Source: Cyanophora paradoxa CCMP329 | Lineage: Eukaryota; Plantae; Glaucophyta | DNA: 64,000 nucleotides | NCBI GenBank assembly: GCA_004431415.1 | Contig: QPMI01000121.1 | Coordinates: 137,156 to 201,155, forward strand | Reading direction: 5' to 3' | In this document: piece after piece, positions 53,528 to 64,000 of the stretch | How the letters are laid out: every line of letters starts with the position of its first letter | Numbering within the stretch: the first letter of the stretch is position 1 | Notes under the pieces: generated by a model | Databases searched by the model: none | What the model saw: the letters and a program-made list of their open reading frames with translations, nothing else | What the model was told of the DNA's origin: nothing | Position numbers and translations under genes: made by a program

Positions 53528-54215
53528 ATGCAGCCGCAGAGCCTCGGAGGCCCGGGCCTTTCGGATCCGGTCCTGGTGATAAAGCACACAATCATGATTC
53601 TTCTGATCATGAGCCCATCATGGCATCGAGCTCGTGATCATGAAGCCTCAGGCCTCGGTACCAGGGCGACTCGGCGAGCTCGACGCATGGCCAGTCATGA
53701 TCAAAAAGCTCGTGTCTCGTAGCAAGCAACCCTCCGGGCCCAGCCTAGAAGACACACGGCGCTGATGATGGGAGCTCGAGCCTCGAGGAAGCCTCAGGCC
53801 TCCTTTGAGGCCCATGGGACATGCGCTGGTCATAGACTCTAGATCTGAGAGCCTCGGAGCTCGAGCTTGTGATCATGTGCATCGGATCATGACGCCGCTG
53901 AGCCTCACTGGGCTCAGGCCTCGGCAGCTCCCTTTGAGGCTCCGGATCCCTGATCATGACTTAATGCAGCCGCAGAGCCTCGGAGGCCCGGGCCTTTCGG
54001 ATCCGGTCCTGGTGATAAAGCACACAATCATGATTCTTCTGATCATGAGCCCATCGAGCTCGTGATCATGAAGCCTCAGGCCTCGGTACCAGGGCGACTC
54101 GGCGAGCTCGACGCATGGCCAGTCATGATCAAAAAGCTCGTGTCTCGTAGCAAGCAACCCTCCGGGCCCAGCCTAGAAGACACACGGCGCTGATGATGGG
54201 AGCTCGAGCCTCGAG
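53528..54215. repeat. About 255-bp direct repeat (two copies about 436 bp apart), saturated with 6-bp palindromes
   Basis: 53528-53787 and 53964-54215 differ mainly by one 8-bp indel. Confidence 0.9.
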
Positions 54216-54440
54216 ATCCGCATGATGGGCCGGAGCCACTAGGACGATTAATATTTAATTATGCCTCTGTCCCTCATGATCAGCGAGGACGGCTTATGCA
54301 CATGATGATCATGACGTGCGTGCATGCGCGTGCACGTGTGAATGCCTGCAGGCGCAGTTGCTTCCTCATCAATTCAAATCTATTACTTCCTAATTCCTCA
54401 AAAGCTACTCTCCTAATTCCTAATAAAGCTACATTCTCCC

Positions 54441-57400
54441 CTACACATAGATGCGATTCGGCTTTTGCAATTGGGTCGGCGGCACTCGGGCATTTGCATA
54501 TTTGCTCTTGGCTGCTGTCGTCGAGGGGTTCGACTGGAGGCCCGGAGGTCGTGAATTCGAAGAATGTGGGAATGTGACTACGTCAAGCACGTACCGAATA
54601 CTTCCACGTGAGGGGATCACCTGGCTCAATGTCTAACAAAGCATAAAACCCAAAACGATATCTGTCACCAACCATCACTGGTCGAAGCTCGACGTTCGGT
54701 TTGCAGCTGTGATTCTGCAGCACTGGCCAGCCCCGGCTGCCATATCCAGCAACCTGCACGCGCAGGCCTGTTCAAGCAAGTAGGAAGGGTACTTGTAATT
54801 GGAAGAAAGAACGGAATAACCAGTTGAGAAGATGTTTCAGTCGAACATGCGTTGTGAGCCGCGTAGCTTTCGACCGGGAACTTGCTCTGGACCTGTTGCA
54901 TTTGTTCCCCAGAAGCTCTCCCAAAACATGCCTGCTCGTATTCTGGGGCCCACTTCGGGTTCCGGATGCCAACACCACAGTCATTCTGCTCGTCGAAAAC
55001 TTCCACGGAAATACTTGAAGACTGACCCACGATCTTGAAGTTCCGATTTCCGCAATCGGTAGTGCCATAAGAGCAGTTGAAAGGAGTGCACTGGTATTCG
55101 GAAACAATGTTGTGGCAAGCAGGAGAATCGCGGCAAAGAAGCAGACGTGACCCCGTGGCCCGAAGCAGACGCAGCAATCATGGCTCAGTTGTTCTCTCAC
55201 TGCCGCGCGGAACAGCGCGGTCAAAATCGAACAGCGCTAGAACAACGCTCACGAACCGGCTTTTGGAATATGTGGAAACTGGAAGTTAGAATTGTAAGCC
55301 TTGATAACCTCATTCATCCGCTTTTTGCCAGCTCCGATCCATCATGTGAAATTCGGGCCTGGTTTGGAGGGCGAGTATGATAAAGTTTCTGAACGTGTTC
55401 CAGGATGTGCGGAGAGGACTCAATTCTGGAGTTCTGAGCTCGGACTTCCGAGATGTACCTGCAAACGAGCACATGAAAAGGAAGAATACGAAGCTGAACC
55501 CTCCGAACCTGAGTTCAAGTTCTTGATGTGCTCTTCAGGGGAAGCCGTGATATCGTGATTGATGAAACGCGCCATAAGTGCAGAGTAAGTTTCTCCTTGA
55601 ATTCTTCGAGAGAAATCGGATACGTGTACGAAGCCTGCTTCTCGTATTCTTCCTCATGCAGCTGCCCTGTTGGGTACCACATCTGCAACGTCGAGGCCTA
55701 ACGGCGCCAGACGCGTCGAGAATGTCGTTCAGACATTCAGACAACTGGAGTAAGAAGTCGCCTGCATGGACTCCGCACTGCCGTTAAGCCTTCAGTACCG
55801 GTAAATTTCAGCAATGCGAGCAATTGAAATGCCGACCGACAATGTGAACGCGTCCTGAGCAGTTGACGTGGAGCAGGGAAATAAATCGATTCGACAGACA
55901 CGGTCCTCAAGTCGTGTTTCCGGCAACCAGCGGTCACATCCTCGCATGCTCGAAAGCATCTCACCAGCGATGACAGCCGAGTTTTGAAAGTAGGTCCCAA
56001 GAGAATCGTAAAAAACCATTCCCGGCCCATCCGAGAAACTCAAAAGCACGTGAGCAGTCCTTTGCGATGAAAAAAATAAGCGAAACGATATTGTTAGACG
56101 TTAAAAGAAATAGATTACCAGTGGAATGCCTCTTCCAATACGAAGGCGACCCCGGGCGCTGGTTTGCGGTGCCGTTCCAGAGATGCAATCTTGGAGACAA
56201 TGCTCTCAACGACATTTCCATGGAATTCTAGGGGTCGGATTCCAAGTTGACGCATCAACTGTTTCGCACCAACAATCTCCAAAACTGTTTATAATTATGC
56301 TCGAAATTAGGCAATGGAAGACTTTGAGATGATCATTACGCACAATTCTGCATGTGGATGTCATTGAAAGGGTCACCCAGCGTGTGCTCTGGAAGAAAAG
56401 CGAAGCCTCCCGTGAATTCCGGCAACTCCGGCACGTCAGCAAGCGGACGCTCAAGTCGTTCTGGTTCGAGGCGAAACACGTGAAATGCGTCCACGTTGTA
56501 CGTTGAGTACAATCCTTGAGGGACAGTTCGTGGCCGAAGCCTTGCCTGCCTTGAAACTGAATCTGAATTCCCGTCGATCACCTTGTTGGCGCAGCTGAGA
56601 ATTCCCAGGTAATTGAAACGACCAAGAAGTCTGCAGTGATGCACATCGCGTTCCGACCATGGATGATGGGAAAGTATCTTTGGAAAAACAGGATGTCAAA
56701 ACAGCTTTGCTTAGAGTAAAAAAGACAGCAACTTGGACCCACCAGGAAGCCCGAGGCGCACTGAACCGCAAGACGGACGAAGATTGATTCGCGAATATCG
56801 TGTTCCATCACTTGATCACTAATAACAGCGTGCGTAATTCTGCATTCATCACATTAAACAGAGAAGTAGGTGGAATCCATATGTAAGAAAAAAGGGAGCT
56901 CACCCCAGACTTCCGAAGTCGGCAAGCCCGGCTTCGCCGATAACCAGCTCTGTGCGTTGTGTATACGCCTCGAGCAACGCAATCACTTCTGGAATTCGCT
57001 GAACATAACGGATCGGCACTGCTGAAGAAAGGATATCTGAAGTTTTTTGAAGCTTGCGAGAAACATCTGCAAGATTTCGAATCCGACGAGTTTCTTCAGA
57101 CGAAATGGAAGCTGCCTCTCCATGAGAGCAAATATGAGGCTGAGCTGCCTCAGAACGCCACCTGAACCTGCTCCTATGTCGCAATCACAACCTCTGGCGA
57201 GTCAGCTCCAAAGTCGAGTTCCCTTCCGGCAAGACCCCCCGGAAATGAACTCTGCTATCGTTTTGATGTCAACGAGGCCGAGCTCGCCATAATTCAAAGA
57301 TCGAGAGAGCGATCCAATGGATGAGGCTTTCATGTTGTCTTGTTTCTTCAGAATGCTGGCAGACTCTCCTTCCGGATATGAAAACGCATATCGTACACCG

Positions 57401-58850
57401 CTCCAGCTTCATCCGCATAGCGACCATTTGTGACAACCTCAGCCGCGAGTTGCCAGCGCCGTGGAAAGTTGTCACATCGACTGAATTCAATCATGCCACG
57501 GAGCAAGAAACGACAAGCGGGGCGACTTCGTTTTCTCGCTTCTTGCGCTTCACTGCTTGTCGCCTTCGAATCACTCAGAATTAAAAAAACCAGAAACATT
57601 TAAGACGCTCGAACCGACATACGGAGCTGAAGCTAAAGATTGGAGGACTCTCGCTGCAGCCTGACGCTGCCACGCTGCTGGCCGTGGTGCGCGATGCACT
57701 GGAGTCAACAGATGCGTCTGAGGAATTGGGATCGTCGTTCGCGCCGTATGGCTTCTGGCTGAAGTCTATTGCTGAGTCGTTTCCGGCTGAACGCGTTCTT
57801 TTAATTCCCTGGCCAGGCTCTGGTCCGAAATCAACGCCTGACACGCGGGTATCAGTTCAGAGATGAAACATGAGCCATGATTCATGCATATGCTCACCGG
57901 GTATATCTGAGTAAGGTAAGCCCAATTTGATGCGTGTTCGGAAGTCGACCAGACGGTGTGCGAGCGGAAGGGTCCTTCGAATTCTTGATAGCGTACCGGT
58001 ACCACGACACCCTCCAGTTGCTCAACTGTGGATGCGTTTTAGGCCGATCCGTACTGGGCTGCTGCGGTAGGTCGCTGCGCATGCTCTTCCGGCGCCGTTT
58101 GACGGTGACGGGCCGATGTGCAGCTAAAGGGCGTGGGAACTCATGATCATGATCACGATTCTCATGGCAGGTTGGCGAATTCCGTGCCGGAGAGCTGTTG
58201 AAGAACTGCTTCGCCTGGAAGCTGCAGCTGCTCTTCCGCCTGGAATAAGCGCTCGCTTTCGGACTCATCGCTCGCTGACTGTTCACCGTACGAAAATCGG
58301 TCTTGGTACGATCAAGAGACCGCAAGTGAAGTTTACGAAGTTCTCGGAATCGCCAGGAGTCTGATCTTCAGAGCTAGAAGCCAGTCGCTGGCGACCGTCT
58401 CGGCATACTTCAATAGGGCACGCGAGCTCGATGTCGAAAGCTTCTTACCAATCCAGAAGTTCGGCGGGGTTTGCCGGATGGCCGACATTCACAGAAGGAA
58501 AATTCGCGTTTTCCAGCATATCGAGAACGACATTGGCGGCTTCAGCAGTGATGTCTGATATGACCTGCAAAGATGATGGGATGACAACAGGTGTGCAGAG
58601 AAGGTTGAAGATTACCTTCCTGTGGAGGGCGTCGTCTGTTTTCACACCGAAGGATGCGAAGAAATCTGTTGGCAGCTGAGGAGCATCGTCGTCGCCGTCA
58701 CTCGATGAGCTCGAGCTCGAGGAAGCGTACGGTGCTGCATTCGATTAAAAAGCGCGGATGAAGCCGAGCACACGGGCAGATGCAGCTTTTCTTTCGCACA
58801 TGAGAGCGGTGGAGAGAATGCCTGTTTCCTCGAGCTGCGCCGAACCAAGA
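54441..58850 (-). CDS. Multi-exon gene (possibly degenerate) with Ulp1/C48-like protease region followed by AWS + SET lysine-methyltransferase domain
   Basis: SET: VEVFDEQNDCGVGIR ... QNHSCKPNVELRPVMVGDRYRFGFYALLDIEPGDPLTWKY (54595-55010). AWS: CCVC...CRDSPACHN..EYQCTPFNCSYGTTDCGNRNF. Ulp1-like: PFNDIH ... VAFVLEEAFHW|TAHVLLSFSDGPGMVFYDSLG (about 55800-56400). There is an apparent frameshift near 55135, the catalytic Cys is not cleanly in frame, and the 5' limit is uncertain. Confidence 0.65.
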
Positions 58851-61800
58851 CTGGCGGCGTCCTCGGAGAACGCGGTGCGACGGAGGGCTGCGAGGATAAG
58901 AAGAAGCCGCACAGTCAAGTTTTAGAATGGCCGCTCACTCTCAGATGGTCAGATTCACGTGAAGGACTTGGGGGTCCAATGCTGCGCGAAGCTCAGATCT
59001 AGATTGCTGAGGACGCTCAAATCGCTGGTTTCTAAGAACGGACGGAGCTCGTGGCACAACTGGGCCGGAGGGCAGAAAGGTGTGCGCGGATCCTGGAGCC
59101 GGAGCGGGGGAGCGGATACGGGGGGAGCCGGATATAAGAAGCAATAGAAGTAAGAAGTAAGAGTAAGAAGCTGTAAGCTAAGAAGCTGCGTAGAAAGAAG
59201 CTCATTGAAGGGAAGAAGCTTTGAAGTAAAGAAGCTCTAGACAAGCAATTGCAAGCAGGCAGCCAACACGTGCACGGACCGAGCTCGTACGCACTGCGAT
59301 GGAAGCTCAGATTTCAAAGCGAAGGTATGGCATGAGGTTGCTTGAGTAAGAAGGCTTCCGCTCTGGTTCTGTCCTGTACATGTGGCAGCGTGTGTGAAGG
59401 GCGTGCATAGCGTATCACATGTACTGCACGACCGCGGCGGTACGCCGCGGCCTGACTGGATTCTTGCAGCCTCCATTGTTTGAGACTTCTCGAACCGCTC
59501 GGAGCACTGGGATCATGCGGAGCCGGCGAGCAGTGCCGTTGGCGCTTCTTGTAGGTTTCGAGCGGAGCGTCCGGTGGGGCAGTTCATGTTCCTTTTGGGA
59601 GCGAAGACCAGAGCGATCGGCTTCAGGAGCTCGACATGCGCTTCTGGAACAAACTCCTCATTCGAACTCTGGAAGGCGCCAGCGCGTTGGAGAGGTCAGA
59701 GATGTGGGCATGCGCACACGCCGCATCGCGCTACGCATGCTAGTTGCGATAGAAGCACGGCCGGGAGAGCTGGCCGGCGCCGAGAGAGCCGGCCGGCGCC
59801 GAGAGAGCTGCGGGTGGTTGTGTAGGCAAGCTCTGTTTTGTGTACGACTGTTTGCTCTTAGCATTCTGTTCTACGTCTTGACGACGTGACGGCAGACGAA
59901 CTCTGTACCCCCTTGCGCGCCGTGCTCGGCCGTGGCACCGTAGCGCGCAGCGGCTGCCTTTGGCGCGCGATGAACAGCTTCAGAGAGCTTTCTTTGACTC
60001 TGACTGCTTGATTCGTCACTGCATGTACTTCTTAGCTTTTCCCGGGACCGCGATACGCGAACTGCAAGAAGTGCGGGATGATTGCTGACGTTTCGCGGTG
60101 CCGCAGAGCCCTGCCCCAGATATGCGGCGACTGGATACGACGGTATGTAAACGCCAGAAACGACGTGCCAAAAGATCTAGACTGCATACGCAGAACCACA
60201 TGCTGCCCTTCTTGATACAGCATCGAAGTCGACTATGGCGCCTTGTCGCAGCGTCAGCGCATCAATGCTACGCTTAGGTAACAGGCGCAGCAGAGCTCGA
60301 GCAAGTGCAGTTTGGCGTTCTTACTCGTTCTTACTCGCAGAGCAATCATGCAACGGACCCGTGACTTCGCTGACCAAAAAGCAAGTGTGCTTCTTCTGAT
60401 AGGCCTAGTTCAGCTTCACGGTCGTCCTTGCCTTGCGTGCTTTCCGTGCGAATGCGCGGCGTTGCCTTCATCGCTGCCTGCCGGCTCTGTGTCTGAAGCT
60501 GTCGATCTTTCTGATCTGCAGGGCGTGTGCGACTGCCAGACGGAGAAGTCGAGAGGCTCGAATTGATTTACGTGTACATGCATATGATTGCAATTCGCAC
60601 ATGCACGTCCAGATGGCGCTGGATCATTCAGTGTGGATCAATCGAAAGAGGCACGTATTCAACTGGTCTTTCTTTCAGTCAGATCTTCGGTTTCTTCGCC
60701 AGGCGGATGGTCTGGATTCACATGGAGTCGGTTCATCGAAGCACGAGGATAGCGATTGTGCTGGGGCTGGGATCTTCGTCTTGTCAGTGCTCTCGCAGTT
60801 GAGATGTGTCTGTCCGAAATGTAGTAGTAGTGTTATGCTTGGAGTGAATGATTGATTCTTTTTCAGGGTTTATCTTCCGTGCTCTTTCGGATTCTATGGG
60901 GATAGGGTCGTCTTCTATGGTGCATGATAACTGGCATCTTAGAATTGCAAGAATCTCGAGATGTACTTTCTCTATCGGTTGTCACATTACAATGTAGTTC
61001 ATCTGTAGCATACATATGTTTGGCGCAGTGGACATCAATTCTCACCGGAAGGACATCGATGTAACTGAGTCAGCTCTGCGACGGTTTTCAAGTTTGTGAC
61101 GCTCTCGCTCGGGGGCGTCTGTCTGAGTCAGTCGTCAATGAGATAGCGTGCCTGGTACGCAGTCAATTCTTTGTGCAATTGTGGATCCGTTTTTTCTGAT
61201 TTCGTCCAGCTTGCACGCACTGCAAAGCTAAATGCCTTTGGGGCGTATGTGTGGACTAAGGCTGTGGAGGAACGTCAAGGGGCGCTCTCGGGCGAATGTT
61301 CGAAATCGAGGCGGTCGCAGACCAGCAATGCATCAATGGCGGTAGACTGTGTTAACTTTATTTTGTCCGTCGCTTCACTCTTGACCGATCAGGGAACCAC
61401 CTGTTATTCCGTGTGTGTACGATACTTCTCCGACCAGCAAATGCCGGAAACATAAGCACACTTCGCATTTCTCAAATTCGGAAGGTATTATTAACATGTG
61501 CGCCTGATTCCGCTGAAGTGGTCCCGACTTCGACTTAGATAATAGAAGAACGCCGAACGAGCGCGAAATCATCACTGTACAGGAGCTTGAGAGTCGATCC
61601 CTTTGCAAGCTCTATCAAGGTCAGTTGGAATCACGGTCGAGCAGCATTTGGTTCTGTTTGGAACGAATCTTTTAGGTTATCATCATGGAGGCAGTTCAAA
61701 TGGATTCTTTTGACGGAATCGGTTCATTTCGAGGAATTCTTATCGAGTTATCGAGTTAGAAGGAATTCGGATGCACTGTTGGTCGACGAATCATAACAGG

Positions 61801-62944
61801 TGAGCAGCTGTACATGTGTGCGCATAACAGGAGGTGACAATGTCCGCACTTCAGCGCAGCATGTGTCGTTACAGCGAGTCTTTCTTCGCATTTGACAGTT
61901 TGTGAGCACTGTGCAGACTCGATACGAAGGACGAGATTCTTGTGCACGGCGTGCTTCGGGGAAACGATGCTTCGTGTGTATTCTCTGTGCGCGCTCAGCA
62001 TTGTTCGCTCTCGCCGAGGCATTGAGGCATCAGGCGTGATGCAGTAAAGAATGCTGGTGGAGTAGATCCATGGAAGCGACGTTCACATTCCGCGGAAGAA
62101 TTTGCAATGATGTTTTTGCCGTCGATTTCACACTTGTAGTTTTCTGAGACTTTCATTGCCTCTCTGAGAGTATATAACTGTGCAGCCGTATCGTGACGCT
62201 TTGATCAGGATCTTGTGTTTTGGATAAGTTCGTGTTTGTGTCCTAATCGTTACCACTCTCTGCATATCCTCTAGTTTGCAAATGGCACTCGATGTCCAGA
62301 CTTCTCAAGCCTTGCAGCTCTGTCGACCAAATTTTCCATCTTTTAGGACTTCGAATTGGCTGCGCTTTCGCTTGGAGGCGACGGAAATTCTTATCCGTCC
62401 GGCCGCTTGGCTGCAGTCGGGAGTTCCGCTACTCGGATTGCGATCTATCCTACAGTAATCGTAATGACATCAATACGAGCGGGCAAGCAGTTTCGCATGC
62501 CGGTACGATTATAGTGTATTGCTTTTCATAATTTTCTGCGAAAGCGCATTTGTTTGCTTTTCATTAATTTTTGCGCCTGTGCGGATTCGTTCGCAGTGCC
62601 GACTGTTGTCGGACAATTTGCCCCAGTTCATTTACACGCGCATTGCCCAATGGAAGTAGCATCTTATCATCGGTAATTTTTCCAATCGATTGCATTTCCA
62701 GAGGTGGTGCAGCGATTTGCACGTGCCAAGCGTACAACTATCGCTTTAGATGGTAAAGTCTATTTTTTAAGAAGAACGAGCGCGCTTGGCTTGACCGCAC
62801 TTGGCTTGCAACAGGGTCTCGAATGCCCTACGGCGAAACCAGCGCGCTGTCAATGCTCGTCTGTCAAGAGTAAGCTAATCTTCGAACCGTACGCGTGGAG
62901 TGTGTCGTGATTCCGAACATACACAGCCAACAGATCCGATCTCA

Positions 62945-64000
62945 TCAATGACTCCAGGCCCCAGCGAGCGGCTCTTCGCAAGGCTTAGCGATGCTGCTCT
63001 CGAATCGTCCAAGTAATGCGAAATCGTACATGGCCTGCGAATGGGTGTGTGGGATGTTAGTTAAAAGATGGGGATCGAACAAAGATCGGGCAACATACCC
63101 GAAAGCATATTGTGATTGTTCATATACGCTCGGCGCGGGCATCCATTGTGTATCCTCGATTATTTGCATAGTTTTCTCCCACTGAAGATAGCGAAGCACT
63201 GTGAGTATAATGGCGCGCGCGGGTGCCCATGGCCAGCAAAATTGCGCACATCGTGCACAATGCCTGCCACGTTGAGGCAGCTTCCTAGAGAGCCCTCCTT
63301 GTCTTCCGCATCAGGTAATCCATGGCATCGACACCGGGCGCCACTCGGGATACGAGGAGTAATACGGCGCTAGTGTGTGTGCAGCTTGCTTCAGAAGTAC
63401 CTCGGCCATTAGACGGTTTCGGTACAAATGCTGAACGAGATTCTGAGTAAATTAACAGGCCAGGCTCTGATATTGATCATCTTTGTCTTACCTTCAACAT
63501 GCATTGGTCCTGCTTCGGAAGGCGGTTGCAAGCGCGAGCTTCAGTGTACGGATGACGTACATATTCCTGAATCGTGTGCACAGAAGGCACAGGATCAAGC
63601 ATCCAACTCTTGAGAATTCCGGTGTCATGATGAGGAAATAGTGTTCTGAAAGTGTCACCGAGGCGTTTTTGGTGACGATTGAATATGTGTCGATACGGAT
63701 GCCCTGGGGCAACAATTGGCTCGAGGCGCATGTTTCCACGGAAACCGCCAACTTGGTAAGGAACCCAGCCATCACGCGCATGCGACGCGTACGAGCCTTT
63801 CCAGGTCTTTGCGTCGAGGAAGCAGTCAAGACTATTTTTGAGTTTGTGTGCACGGACGCCGACAGCAGGAGCTGGGACGGGCAAGGTCGCCGGATAGTCT
63901 TGTGAAAAGAACGAAACTTGATGCCGGGCGTGTTCTTCCAAGTTGCCTTCGTCCGGCCAAACGCCAGAACCGACAGCAAGAGTGCGCTGATAAGGACTCT
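62945..64000 (-). CDS. 3' part of an unidentified spliced gene running off the window
   Basis: Open exon of more than 500 bp from the window end to a GTAAGA donor at about 63491, with further open exons to 62945. No recognisable motif. Confidence 0.4.

Larger units (their letters stand above)
41153..64000. mobile_element. Large EnSpm/CACTA (CMC)-type DNA transposon, left end present, right end not seen in window
   Basis: CACTG terminus (41148 or 41153), a 24-bp perfect palindrome at 41170-41193 and a subterminal repeat array. Internal CACTA-type transposase. Uniform intermediate GC to the window end, with no mirror-image subterminal array seen. Confidence 0.7.

Noticed and set aside
53520-54340. 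Dense restriction sites as vector polylinker contamination
   Set aside because: Sites are redundant and overlapping, follow the XYZ-rc-XYZ rule, occur throughout the window and have no vector backbone nearby.
41153-64000. Lower-GC gene-dense block as an endogenous giant virus or Polinton/virophage
   Set aside because: No capsid, packaging ATPase, polymerase or integrase motifs were recognised. The genes are spliced, and the end structure and transposase are CACTA-type.

Overview
Intron-rich eukaryotic genomic DNA, not prokaryotic. The GC-rich coding, short introns and CTGAC/CTCAC branch sites are typical of a protist or alga; a glaucophyte such as Cyanophora is an unverified guess. The very GC-rich housekeeping-type genes are an ankyrin-repeat gene (<1-7922, +), GPR89/GTG (24224-28796, -), NDOR1 (30342-33405, -) and an uncharacterised coiled-coil gene (33660-36612, +). 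They alternate with lower-GC accessory DNA: two clusters of small non-autonomous transposons (about 8.1-11.6 kb and 36.7-41.1 kb), and a filamin/Ig-repeat plus vWA gene containing a recent 1476-bp tandem exon array (about 11.7-23.6 kb). From about 41.15 kb to the window end lies the left part of a large CACTG-ended EnSpm/CACTA-type element. It has subterminal repeats, a spliced DDE transposase, a divergent accessory gene and, probably as cargo, a gene with Ulp1-like protease and AWS-SET methyltransferase domains. The most striking signal is a recurrent mutation. Comparing near-identical repeat copies shows about ten independent +6-bp insertions that all follow the rule XYZ -> XYZ-revcomp(XYZ)-XYZ, three of them in frame inside exons. 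This is the product expected from hairpin-mediated excision of a transposon with a 3-bp target duplication, and it would explain why intergenic DNA here is saturated with 6-bp palindromes. GC-AG introns are also unusually frequent.
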